A stretch of DNA of 64,000 bases from Thermoplasmatales archaeon SW_10_69_26 (GTDB lineage: Archaea; Thermoplasmatota; SW-10-69-26). Shown here in pieces: positions 38,513 through 48,627 of the stretch (position 1 is its first letter; the number at the start of each line of letters is the position of its first letter). The stretch covers positions 32,730 to 96,729 of the forward strand of contig PXUB01000042.1 in assembly GCA_003009755.1 (NCBI GenBank). The letters run 5' to 3'. The translations under genes and the position numbers were made by a program. The notes beneath the pieces are model-generated. The model worked only from the letters and a program-made list of their open reading frames with translations, did no database searches and was not told where the DNA came from.

Positions 38513-40182
38513 AGCGCGCCCTCGTCCTCCCGCTGGTCCTCGTGGTCGTGACCGGCATGATCCCGGTCGGGACAGCCCAGGAGGACGAGGGCGAGGACGA
38601 GCCTCGCTGCATCGAACCGCCCGACGTCGAGCCCACCTACGAGTGGGCCTACAACCTCTCGAACGACCGCACCCGGTACGTCGAGGTCGTCGATGCCGAC
38701 ACCCCCGCGACCACCTCGCGTGGCCACCACAACATCACCAAGCTCGGCTTCGAGGAACAGACCGCCGACGGGGAGCGCAAGGCCTGGGGAAGCCAGGTCC
38801 GCTTCGCGGCCGATTCCCCCTACCCGTGGGCGTTGTCCACGCAGGACCGCTGGGAACGAACCGACGAGGGCGAGCTGCGGCGGATGGACGCCTACGATCC
38901 GCCGTTCCGCAACGTCCACTACACGCAGGAAACCTGTCCCGGCCAGTTCTGGGAGTTCGAGACGCACCACACCATCCGGTACGGCAAGTACGGGCAAGCC
39001 TCCAGCGATCAAGCCAACGAAACCTGGCAGGTCCGTGCCCTGCAGTGGTCGAACGTCTCCGTCCCCGCTGGGACCTTCGAGGCGCTCGAGATCGCCTCGG
39101 TGCGGACCGCCGACCAGTACCGCATCACGACGCACTGGAGCCCGGAGGTCCAGGGACCGGTAAAGGTCGTGCAGGGGCCGGGCGGAGCGCCCGAGAGCAC
39201 GCGCGAGCTGAGCTGGTACATCCTCGACCAGCGCCCGAGCCCGGTCTGGTGCTACAGCGTCGAGAACGCCACGTGCGGTCCCGACGCCGTCCACCCCACG
39301 GCCGGCGACACGCTGTACCTGAACGGGTCCGCCAGCTACGACGTCGAGGGCAACGTCACCGACTACACCTGGCGGGTCAGCGGCGAGGTCCACCGCGGCC
39401 CCGTCGCCTCGTTGAACCTCACCGAGGAGCGGACCCTCGACGTCCGCCTGTTCGTGACCGACGAGGCCAACCGCACCTCCACGCTCGGCCAGACGATCTA
39501 CGTCGCACCCGAGGAGGGCACCGGGGTCGGCGTCAGCGGACCGACGAAAGCTCTCGAAGGACAGGTCGTCACGCTCGAGGCTCACACGAGCTTCGACCCC
39601 GTCGAGATCCGATGGCGGGACAACTCCACCGTCGTCGGCGACGGGGACACCTACCAGTTCTACATGGAGGAGACGACGAACCTCAGCGTCGACGCCTTCC
39701 ACGAGTCCGGCCGCGTCTCCACGACCAACCACACCGTCCACCTCGTCGACGACGGCGAGGGGTCCGAGGGCAGCGACGAGCAGACCCAGCGTTACCCGCC
39801 CGGCGGCTCCGAGCGGCTCGCCATCCTCGAACCCTTGGAGGGCCAGGTCGTGCCCTCGAGCTTCGAGGTCGTGGTCCGGGCGGAGACCGAGGCCACGCTC
39901 ACCGCCGACGACCGCCCCGTCTGGCAGGGCACCGCCGACCCGTCCGAGCGCGTCCCCGTGAGGCTCGACCAAGGCGATCGAACGCTCGTCCTGGCGAGCT
40001 CATCCGAGCAACAGACGGTGAACGTGACCGTCTCGGCCGACGCGACCGGCAGCGGCGACGAGGCCGCGACGACGGACAACGCCTCGACCGGCGACGGCCT
40101 GGCACCGACACCGGCGCCCTCCGCACTGCTCGTAGCCGGCCTGGTGGCCAGCTTGGCCCTGGCTCGCCGACGCGAGCGGTGA
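38509..40182 (+). CDS. Surface protein with PKD/Ig-like domains and C-terminal anchor
   Basis: GTG start overlapping previous stop; signal peptide MKRALV; PKD motif LNGSASYD.EG..TDYTW; tail TPAPS + TM + RRRER. Confidence 0.82.
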   Translation: MKRALVLPLVLVVVTGMIPVGTAQEDEGEDEPRCIEPPDVEPTYEWAYNLSNDRTRYVEVVDADTPATTSRGHHNITKLGFEEQTADGERKAWGSQVRFAADSPYPWALSTQDRWERTDEGELRRMDAYDPPFRNVHYTQETCPGQFWEFETHHTIRYGKYGQASSDQANETWQVRALQWSNVSVPAGTFEALEIASVRTADQYRITTHWSPEVQGPVKVVQGPGGAPESTRELSWYILDQRPSPVWCYSVENATCGPDAVHPTAGDTLYLNGSASYDVEGNVTDYTWRVSGEVHRGPVASLNLTEERTLDVRLFVTDEANRTSTLGQTIYVAPEEGTGVGVSGPTKALEGQVVTLEAHTSFDPVEIRWRDNSTVVGDGDTYQFYMEETTNLSVDAFHESGRVSTTNHTVHLVDDGEGSEGSDEQTQRYPPGGSERLAILEPLEGQVVPSSFEVVVRAETEATLTADDRPVWQGTADPSERVPVRLDQGDRTLVLASSSEQQTVNVTVSADATGSGDEAATTDNASTGDGLAPTPAPSALLVAGLVASLALARRRER

Positions 40183-40443
40183 CCGGTCCCCGAGGACGAG
40201 GGCCGATCTGTGAGGCCCCTCGCGCCGAGGGATCAGCGACGGGCGCCCCCGCCGAGACCGCCTGGACCGACGTCGGCCCCTTCGAGGGCGATCTGGACCG
40301 CGACGGCGAGGACGGCAACCGGCCCCAACACCACGCGAGACGTGCCGGCCCGCCGGTGATCGGCGCCCGCTTGCCCCCACCTGAATACAGACGCACCACA
40401 AGCTTGAAGGGCACTTCGGCGGACTGCCGAGCGGGGACCACAC

Positions 40444-43400
40444 TTGGGCAAGAAGAAGACCGCGATCGTTCTCACACTGGCATGCGTCGTCGTGGCGTTC
40501 GCTATCCCCTACATGATGGGGGGTTTCGACGCCGCGAGCGACGCCGACGGAGAGGCTACGAGCACGGACGACGCCGACGGAGCCGACGCCTTCGAAGGGC
40601 CCTCGGCTACGGCCAACGGCGACGATGCCAACGGTGCCGGGTCCCCCACCGACCAGGCGATCGTCGACGATCTGCTCACCGCGGCCAACCCCGGCTCCTC
40701 CGAGGGAGACACGATCCGGTCCCGTCTTGCCCCCCTGACGGCCACCGCCAACGACTCGGCGGCTGAACCCTACCCCACCCCCGAAGCGACGACGCTGTAC
40801 CAGGCGACCCTGGCCCACCCCGCGCACAGCGACCAGGACCTGCGCTACGTCGAGACCCTCCAACCGCTCCCCGAGGACCTCGACCGCGCGCTGGCCCAGA
40901 TCGTGATCGCCCACGGCGTCTCCACCCAGATGCTGAACAGCGACCCCGCGCCCGGCGCCAGCCTGCGCGCATCCGTCACGATGGCCACGGCCCTCGACAC
41001 GGCGATGCCCACGCTCGAGCGCTACGTCAACCACCCCGTCTGGGACACGACGAGCTCCGCCGACGAGGACGCCTCCACGGCCGAGCTGCAGGCGCCCCCG
41101 CTGCCCGAGGCGCTGCTCGACCTCTACGCCTCGCTGGGGTACGACCAGGCGACGGTCGACGAGCTCGAAGCCCCCGCCGAGGCCGCCGCTGGTGAGCTCC
41201 CCCCCGAAGAAAGCCGGGCGCTGGCTCGCCTGGTGACCGCTCAAGCCAACGTGCAGCGCGCTACCGCAAGCTCCCTGCTGTTCGTCGCCGCCCCGGCCTC
41301 CCACGGACCGTCCGAGGACGCCGTCGACGCGATCGACGACGGCATCTCCGGCACCCCGCTCGAGCAGCTGACGGTGGCCACCCAGCAGCTGCGAGCCGCC
41401 GCCCAGTCCGCCCACGACACGATCGAGACCTCGCCCGCCGACGAACAGGTCCGCGAGGAACCGTGGAGCGACCCGCTGGGCCTGATCGTGGTCGGGACCC
41501 GCGGCGAGGACACCTACGACGACCAGCACGGCACCGGTCAGGCGATCCTCGACGGGGCGGCCGACGCGGCCGCCGGGCAGGCCGACGGTCTGCGCGCGCT
41601 CGTAGGTAACGCGACCGCGAACACGAGCGACGTCTCCACCATCGCCCAGCTCGACGAGACCAGGGACGGGACCACCCGCAGCGAGGCCGGCGTGGACGCG
41701 GCCAACCGGTCCACGGAACCGAAGCCCGGCTGGCACATGCTCGTGCTCGACCCCGGCGGGAACGACACCTACCGGAACAACGCCGGCGGCATCGAGGCCG
41801 GCAGCGTGATCGTCCGCGCCGACGTCGACGCTCGCGGCGCCAGCGAGGGCGTCGAGAGCCTGATCGTCCGCGGCGACCGCGTGTGCTCGCCCGGCGTCGG
41901 GTTCTGCGAACCGGACCAGCCTCCGCGCGTCGGCGCGCAGCTCCAGAGCATCGCCGCCGGAGCCACGGCCAGCCAGGGACCGGTCCCGCTCGGGCTCCCC
42001 CTGACCGCCACCGTCGTCGACACCGACGGCGACGACAGCTACGAGGACACCGGCGACGCGATCCAGGGCTCCGCCGACGGTCTCGGGGTCGGTCTCCTCT
42101 ACGACCGCGCCGGCGACGACGAGTACGAGGGCACGCACGTCGCCCAGGGCGCCAGCGAGAACTACGGCATCGGGATCCTCGTCGACGGCGAAGGCAACGA
42201 CACCTACGAGGCTCGCGAACGAGCCCAAGGGTGGGTCGAGCTGCCCGACCCCAGCGCAGAAGCCACGGTTCCCCTCCTGTTCTTCGAAGGTGAGGACCCC
42301 CGACCTGAGATCGCGCTCGCCCGCATCGCCGAGGGCTCCCTCATCGACACCGGCGGCAACGACGGCTACCGCCTGGCCAACGACGTCGGCGGCCAAGGCA
42401 TCGTCGAGACCCCCGAAGGGATCCCCCGCCAACTCGTCAACAGCTTCGGCTACCCGGCCGAGCAGGTCACCGCCCAGCTCGTCGACGTCGGCGGCGACCA
42501 GACCCTCCCGATCCCCGAGCTCACGATCCGCGGGCGGACGACCGAGATGACACCCTCGCGGGTCAACGTCAGCGAGGAGACACCGGCTCACTTCTGGCTC
42601 ACCCGCCGCGTCCCCGAGCCGCCCTCGGACGACCCCGGCGGCCTCGCAACCGACACGTCCCGGTTCAAGACCGCGGTCCAGCTCGACCCCGAGGCGGTCC
42701 CGGATCCGGTCAGCGAGGACGCCGTGCGCGCCGGCAAGGTCCAGTTCACCTGTCGCGAGGGGGGCTCCTTCGCGAACGACGCGAACGAGGACGCGACCGC
42801 GGAGCGCCTCGCCTGCGGGGTCGGCGCAGGCCTCGGCAACACGCCGCCGCTGTTGCTCTTCGGCGAACCGACGAACGTGACCGATCCGCCTGCGCTCACG
42901 GTCACGTTCGGCGGTGACACGCACTACAACGGATCCATCGCCTCGATGGGTCACGAGTCCTCCCCCAGCCAGTTCTTCGCTGGTAGGATCGCGGCCAGGT
43001 TCACCCCGGAGATCCTCACCGACCTCGCAGGGAACGACACCTACGAGGGGGAGAACAACACGATCGCCTCCCTGGCCAACTACGGTGTCGGGATGGTCAT
43101 CGACCGCCAGGGAGCGGACGAGATGATCGCCCAGAACCGATCGGTCGCCTACTCGGAGGCCGCCCTCGACCTCCGGTCCGGCCCCGTGGCGGCCGTGCTC
43201 GACCTCGACGGTGACCTCACCGTGCGCTCGGGCGAACGGTCGCAGGGCTTCGCCAGCCTGATCGACAGCCGGGAGGTCGTCGCCGACGAGAACTTCCCCC
43301 AGCGGACTCCCCGCGGTCAGATCGTCCCCCCGATGGCGCTGCTCGACGCTGGCGCCTCCGCCGACGAGCTCGACCCCGACACGGCCACGCCGGGTCTCCC

Positions 43401-46400
43401 CAGCGAGGACGAGGCCCGCAACGCCGTCGAGACCGCCGGCCTCGATCTGACGGCCGGGAACGAGAGCCAGGGGTTCAGCGAAGGCCTCGGTGTCGGCGTC
43501 GTCGTCGGCTCCCCCGCCAGGGACAGCTACGAGGTCGACGGCTGGGGCCAGGGCGTCCACGACGGTCAACAGCTGCTCACCCGCTTTTGCGAATTCGACC
43601 CTGCAAGCAATGCAGGCGAGGGCCAAGCCGACACCGTCCGGAATCGGCTCCGCGACGTCAACCCGTGGGCCGGAGGCATCGGCCTCCTCATCGACCCGGC
43701 CGGCGACGACGACCACCTCGTCGACAGCGGCGTCGGTCTCGGCGACGCCACCGCCGACGAGGCCGCCTGCTCCAACCCCAACTCGCTCGGGCCCCACCAC
43801 GTCAACGTGCTCGGGCTCGGCACCGTGCTGGACGTCCGCGGTGACGACGCCTACGAGGTCACCGACGAACCGCCCCGTCCGGCCAGCTTCCCGCCGCGGA
43901 GCTGCAGCGGAGGGAGCCTCTCCGAGTGCGAACCCAACGACGACAGGGCCTGGATGTCCATCTCCGAGGAGAAAGCCGCTGGCGGCAGCACGACCGGTGT
44001 CGTCAACGGACCGAGCACGATCGGGTTCGGCGTGGACAACGTCCGCAACGCCCACCACCTCGGCATGGCCGCCTGCCGCAACCTCGACGCCTACGAGGCC
44101 GGCTTCCTCGACCGGGAGAAGATCGAAGGTGCCCGAGAGAGGGTCGAAGACGCCGGCTTCGGCGGCCCGAACACCAGCGCCGCCGCCTCGGCTGCGGTCC
44201 TCGAATGCGACGAGGCGCTGGCCGACCTGTGGGAAGCCTACCTCGGCGAGGTCGTCGAGGACACGCTCTCCGTCGACCGTCGCCCCAACCTCGAGGTCGC
44301 CCTGCCGCGCGCCGGCGGCGACGTCGACGTGGCCTCCGGTCAGACCGTCGACGCCTCCGACGAGCTCGGCGACGACCGCCTGCCGCTGCCGGACGAGATC
44401 ACCACGCCCGAGGATCCCGAACCGCTGTTCCTCGGCGAGGCCGCCCGACCGCAGTGTCAGGACCGCCAGGACGACCGCGAGGTCAGCCCTCGCGGGGACC
44501 CCGATCTCGGCTGCCTGTCGGTCACCCGCGACATCGACATGGGCCAGTGGTTGACCAACGACCCCGCCTCCGACCGGCTGGACCCCGGGGACACGCTGGG
44601 CTGCAACTGCTCGGTCCGCCTCTTCATCGAGGCCGACCAGGGCGGCGACAGCATCAACCTGCGCACGCTCGACGACCGCGGCCTGTACCCCGACCGCGGC
44701 CGAGCCACGACGCAGACAACCGACACGCAGACCTGGTACGACGCCTTCAACCGCTTCCGCGTCCCGCTCACCGTCGACGAACCGATCCAGGACGGCCGCC
44801 TGCGCGGCGACTTCGTGCAGCCGGAGGCAGCCGCCGACTTCCCGCTGAACCTCTCCCAGCTGCCCACGGGCCTCGCGCGCGCTCAGGTCACGGCGGTCGT
44901 CGAGGACACCGCCGCCGAGGAGACCGGCGGCGCCATCCCCTCGGCCGTCGAGCGCTGGCGACCCACCTTCATCCACGAGCGCTCCTTCCAGCAGGCCTAC
45001 GTCAGCCAGACCGACGACGAGACGACGGTCTTCCTGGCCGCACCGGGCCCGGTCAGCGACACGACAGAGGCCACGCTCGCCATCGCCCAAGCCGACGCGG
45101 ACCTGCGCGAGGAGCTCACCGACCAGGGCTGGACGGCGGCCAACGCGACCTCGTTCAGCCACGAACTCCCCTCGAAGACTGTGATCGACGGGCCCAGTCG
45201 ATCGCCCGTCATCCCGCAAGCGGGAGCTCCCGCCTGCGCGGCGTTGATCGACGACCGGTTCGACGGCGACGCCGGCGTCTGCTGGACCGGCTCCGAGGTC
45301 GTCGTCGGTCTCCCGCTCGGCGAGGTCGACCCCGCCGACGTCGACGAGCTCGGCGCCGACGGCGAAGGCCTCCCCGTCGAGGACCTGACGCTGTCGGACA
45401 GCGAAGCCGAGCCTCGCATCCGCTTCTCCAGCGAGGACACCTACGGCGTCGACACGAGCGCCGAGAACGTCACCGAGCAGCCGGACGTCTCCGCGCTGCC
45501 GGACGTCCGCGGCGTCCCCGGCAGCGAGGTCGGACCGGCCGGCCGGGACGTGGCCGAGACCATCCTGGGCGATCGCAGCGACGAGAACTGGGCCCTGCTC
45601 ACCGTCGAAGCCGACGAGGACGAGGCGATCGGGTTCTCGGCGATCGACCCCGACGACCGCGGCGATCTCGACGAGGTCAACCTAACCACCCAGCATATCC
45701 GCACGGAGGACTACAGAGGCGAGGGGACCGTCGAGAGGCTGGATGACCCCAAGCCCACCCACGAACACGCGCCGGTGCACCGTTCGCTGGGCGTGGGCGA
45801 TGCCGACCACGCCCACCTGGAGATCTGGCAACCGCCCTCCAACGACGCCGAGGTTCTCGAGGACGAGAGCCTCGTCTTCGATGACACCGAGCGCCACGTG
45901 ATGCCGTGCGCCAACCTCAACTACGTGAAGACCGACGACGTCCAGCGCCTGCTCCAGGAACAAGCGAGGAACGACTCCGATCTCCGCCACCGCACGTGTG
46001 CCACCTTCGCCGCCGACGGCGAGCTCAACTACCTGCTCCCGCTCGGCGGTCTCTCCGGCACCCAGATCGTGCGGCTGGAAGCCCACGGCATCCAGGCCGA
46101 CGGCGAAACCACGACCAAGCAGATCACCGGGTACATCGATCCGGTCGGCCCCCAAGGCCAGGTCTTCGTCGACCCGGCAGCCAACAAGACGGCCGAGACG
46201 TCCGTGCGGCTGCAGCTGTCGACGCAGACCGCCGAGACCCCGATGCTCACCCAGGCCCCCAGCGATCCCGGCTCCGACAGCGACCTCGACGCGATCGCGC
46301 TCGAAGCCCGCGGTCCCAACACCACCTGGCAAGAGGTCGACGACACCTGGGACCAGATCCCGACCCCGCTGCGCCCCAGCGTGGACGCTGACGTCAACCT

Positions 46401-48627
46401 GACCAGCTTCACCGACCCCGAAGCCGACGCCTCCACCGTCGAGCTGCGGGGCGTGCTCGAGGACGAGTCCAACAACACGCTGCGGACCAACGTCCGCGAG
46501 TTCGTGGTCGACCGCGCGGAACCGAACATCACCGAGTCCCGGATCGTCTCCGGAGCCGGCCAGGACCGACTCATCCTCTCCGTCGACGAGGCGATCGCCG
46601 ACGTCGACTGCCGGACCGAGGACTGCCCGCTCGAGCCCCAGGAACCGATCCCGGGCGCCGAGCCGGAGCCGTTCCTCGACCGGACGCGGATCGACATCGG
46701 GGCCCGCACGATCTCCATCCCGATCTTGAACCTGGAACGCGGCCCCACCTACCAGGTCGGCCTCGAGGTCACCGACACGCTCGGCAACACCCTCGCGACC
46801 AACCTGACCCTGGACACGTACACACCGATCACCGTCGATGCGAGCCCGATGGAGAACACTCTCGTGAACAAGACCGTCACGCTCAGCTGGACGACCGAGA
46901 CCCGCGACAGCCAGACGATCTCGACCTTCTCGAGCGCCTACCTCCTCCTGCCGGACGGCCCCTGCGCCCTGATGCAGTCCAACCCCGGCGTCGTTCCGGC
47001 CAACGAGGAGCAGACGAACGAGGAGGGGCCGCTCAGCGTGCGCGGCGAAGCCGGGGAGTCCGCGTGCGTGATCCCCGACGAGGGCGTCGACGCCACGCTG
47101 CTCATCTACGCGCTCGCCCCGAACATCGACGGGCTCGCGCTCGACCGCGTCCCCGTCCACGTCGACACCGCCGGTCCCTCGGTCACCGTCGACGGGCCCG
47201 AGGGATGGGTCAACGACACCGCGAGAGTCCAGGCCTCGTCCAACGACTCCCTGGCCACCCAGCTCGAGATCTTCGTCGACGGCGAACCGCAAGGGATCGA
47301 GGGCTCCGAGGGCGAGATCACGATCAGCGAGGAAGGCGAACACGCCGTGCTCGCCCGCGCCACCGACGAAGCCGGGAACGCCGCCGTGAACCGGACGACC
47401 GTTCGCATCGACAAGACCGACCCCAGCGTCGACGCCCGCGTGCTCGGCGTCCGCGGCGGGCTCGCGCTCGTCAACGCCACCGCGGCCGACGAGACCTCGA
47501 GCGTCCGCGACGTGCAACTGTTCACGCGCTCCACCAGCGGCCCGGCCGTGCCGGGCGTCGGCGACGAGAGCGTGCTGCTGTCCGTCCCCGTCGAACCCTC
47601 CGAGGACGAGCTCGTGCTCCGCACCCGCGACCAAGCGCAGAACACCCGCGACCTGCGGCTGTCGATCGCCGACGTGCCGCGCGTCGAGGATGGACCGCTC
47701 GTCACCGGCGTGGACCTCACGACGCCGGCTCCCGACACGCTGCGGGCCTCGTTCGACACCTCGAACGAGACCACGCCCGTGGTCATCGTCGACGCCGGCG
47801 ACCGCCACGTCGAGCGAGCCCTCGAGCCCGGCACCGAGCACGCGCTCACCATCGAGCGACTGCCGCCCGGGTCACAGGCCCAGTTGACGATCACCACGCC
47901 GCGCGACAGCTCCCTCGTGCCCGTCCTCAACGCGACGGCCCCGATGCCCGAGGACAGCCAGCCGCCCACCGCGCTCGGCAACGTGCAGGCCGAGCCCGTC
48001 GAAGGCGCGGTCCGGTTGACCTGGGAGGAGGCCGACGACGACATCGGCGTCCGCGAGGTCGTCATCCAGCGCGATGGCACCGAGGTCGCCCGCCCATCGG
48101 CGAACACCTATACGGACGAGCCGGGTGTCTTCGACGAGCACACCTACAAGCTGGCGGCGGTCGACCACGCCGGCAACCGTGGTCCGTGGAGCGAGATCGA
48201 CGCTCGACCGATCGCCACGTTCCAGATCACCGAGCTCACGACCGATCCCGAGGTCCTCTCCCCCGACGACACCGTGACGGTCGAGGCGACCGTCCAGACG
48301 CCGGCCGGCCTCACGCCGGACGTCGTCACGGTGAGCCTCGGCGGTGAGCAGCTGCCGATGCAGCCGGCCGACGAGGGTCCCTACTCGGCCACGTACGAGG
48401 TCACCACCCGGCTGCCGACGCTGGACGTGGCGGCCGAGGAGACCGACATGGTGGTCAACGCGACCGCCGGCGACCGAACCGAGACCGAAACGTTCCCGGC
48501 CCCGGTCGTGGCTACCGTCGGCCCGACCGGCGGCGCCGACCCCGACGAGGTCCCCGCGGCGGGGATCGGTTGGGCGATCGCGACGATCGCCCTCGTTGCT
48601 GTCACCCGACGGAGGTGGTCCCACTGA
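40444..48627 (+). CDS. Giant surface protein (2727 aa): D-x-x-G-(N/D)-D-x-Y repeats, Ig-like and FN3 domains, C-terminal anchor
   Basis: Uninterrupted ORF with acidic composition; N-terminal signal/TM; about 10 GNDTY-type repeats; D..P.V Ig linkers; FN3 (LTWEEADDDIGV); tail VPAAG + TM + RRR. Confidence 0.88.
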   Translation: MGKKKTAIVLTLACVVVAFAIPYMMGGFDAASDADGEATSTDDADGADAFEGPSATANGDDANGAGSPTDQAIVDDLLTAANPGSSEGDTIRSRLAPLTATANDSAAEPYPTPEATTLYQATLAHPAHSDQDLRYVETLQPLPEDLDRALAQIVIAHGVSTQMLNSDPAPGASLRASVTMATALDTAMPTLERYVNHPVWDTTSSADEDASTAELQAPPLPEALLDLYASLGYDQATVDELEAPAEAAAGELPPEESRALARLVTAQANVQRATASSLLFVAAPASHGPSEDAVDAIDDGISGTPLEQLTVATQQLRAAAQSAHDTIETSPADEQVREEPWSDPLGLIVVGTRGEDTYDDQHGTGQAILDGAADAAAGQADGLRALVGNATANTSDVSTIAQLDETRDGTTRSEAGVDAANRSTEPKPGWHMLVLDPGGNDTYRNNAGGIEAGSVIVRADVDARGASEGVESLIVRGDRVCSPGVGFCEPDQPPRVGAQLQSIAAGATASQGPVPLGLPLTATVVDTDGDDSYEDTGDAIQGSADGLGVGLLYDRAGDDEYEGTHVAQGASENYGIGILVDGEGNDTYEARERAQGWVELPDPSAEATVPLLFFEGEDPRPEIALARIAEGSLIDTGGNDGYRLANDVGGQGIVETPEGIPRQLVNSFGYPAEQVTAQLVDVGGDQTLPIPELTIRGRTTEMTPSRVNVSEETPAHFWLTRRVPEPPSDDPGGLATDTSRFKTAVQLDPEAVPDPVSEDAVRAGKVQFTCREGGSFANDANEDATAERLACGVGAGLGNTPPLLLFGEPTNVTDPPALTVTFGGDTHYNGSIASMGHESSPSQFFAGRIAARFTPEILTDLAGNDTYEGENNTIASLANYGVGMVIDRQGADEMIAQNRSVAYSEAALDLRSGPVAAVLDLDGDLTVRSGERSQGFASLIDSREVVADENFPQRTPRGQIVPPMALLDAGASADELDPDTATPGLPSEDEARNAVETAGLDLTAGNESQGFSEGLGVGVVVGSPARDSYEVDGWGQGVHDGQQLLTRFCEFDPASNAGEGQADTVRNRLRDVNPWAGGIGLLIDPAGDDDHLVDSGVGLGDATADEAACSNPNSLGPHHVNVLGLGTVLDVRGDDAYEVTDEPPRPASFPPRSCSGGSLSECEPNDDRAWMSISEEKAAGGSTTGVVNGPSTIGFGVDNVRNAHHLGMAACRNLDAYEAGFLDREKIEGARERVEDAGFGGPNTSAAASAAVLECDEALADLWEAYLGEVVEDTLSVDRRPNLEVALPRAGGDVDVASGQTVDASDELGDDRLPLPDEITTPEDPEPLFLGEAARPQCQDRQDDREVSPRGDPDLGCLSVTRDIDMGQWLTNDPASDRLDPGDTLGCNCSVRLFIEADQGGDSINLRTLDDRGLYPDRGRATTQTTDTQTWYDAFNRFRVPLTVDEPIQDGRLRGDFVQPEAAADFPLNLSQLPTGLARAQVTAVVEDTAAEETGGAIPSAVERWRPTFIHERSFQQAYVSQTDDETTVFLAAPGPVSDTTEATLAIAQADADLREELTDQGWTAANATSFSHELPSKTVIDGPSRSPVIPQAGAPACAALIDDRFDGDAGVCWTGSEVVVGLPLGEVDPADVDELGADGEGLPVEDLTLSDSEAEPRIRFSSEDTYGVDTSAENVTEQPDVSALPDVRGVPGSEVGPAGRDVAETILGDRSDENWALLTVEADEDEAIGFSAIDPDDRGDLDEVNLTTQHIRTEDYRGEGTVERLDDPKPTHEHAPVHRSLGVGDADHAHLEIWQPPSNDAEVLEDESLVFDDTERHVMPCANLNYVKTDDVQRLLQEQARNDSDLRHRTCATFAADGELNYLLPLGGLSGTQIVRLEAHGIQADGETTTKQITGYIDPVGPQGQVFVDPAANKTAETSVRLQLSTQTAETPMLTQAPSDPGSDSDLDAIALEARGPNTTWQEVDDTWDQIPTPLRPSVDADVNLTSFTDPEADASTVELRGVLEDESNNTLRTNVREFVVDRAEPNITESRIVSGAGQDRLILSVDEAIADVDCRTEDCPLEPQEPIPGAEPEPFLDRTRIDIGARTISIPILNLERGPTYQVGLEVTDTLGNTLATNLTLDTYTPITVDASPMENTLVNKTVTLSWTTETRDSQTISTFSSAYLLLPDGPCALMQSNPGVVPANEEQTNEEGPLSVRGEAGESACVIPDEGVDATLLIYALAPNIDGLALDRVPVHVDTAGPSVTVDGPEGWVNDTARVQASSNDSLATQLEIFVDGEPQGIEGSEGEITISEEGEHAVLARATDEAGNAAVNRTTVRIDKTDPSVDARVLGVRGGLALVNATAADETSSVRDVQLFTRSTSGPAVPGVGDESVLLSVPVEPSEDELVLRTRDQAQNTRDLRLSIADVPRVEDGPLVTGVDLTTPAPDTLRASFDTSNETTPVVIVDAGDRHVERALEPGTEHALTIERLPPGSQAQLTITTPRDSSLVPVLNATAPMPEDSQPPTALGNVQAEPVEGAVRLTWEEADDDIGVREVVIQRDGTEVARPSANTYTDEPGVFDEHTYKLAAVDHAGNRGPWSEIDARPIATFQITELTTDPEVLSPDDTVTVEATVQTPAGLTPDVVTVSLGGEQLPMQPADEGPYSATYEVTTRLPTLDVAAEETDMVVNATAGDRTETETFPAPVVATVGPTGGADPDEVPAAGIGWAIATIALVAVTRRRWSH

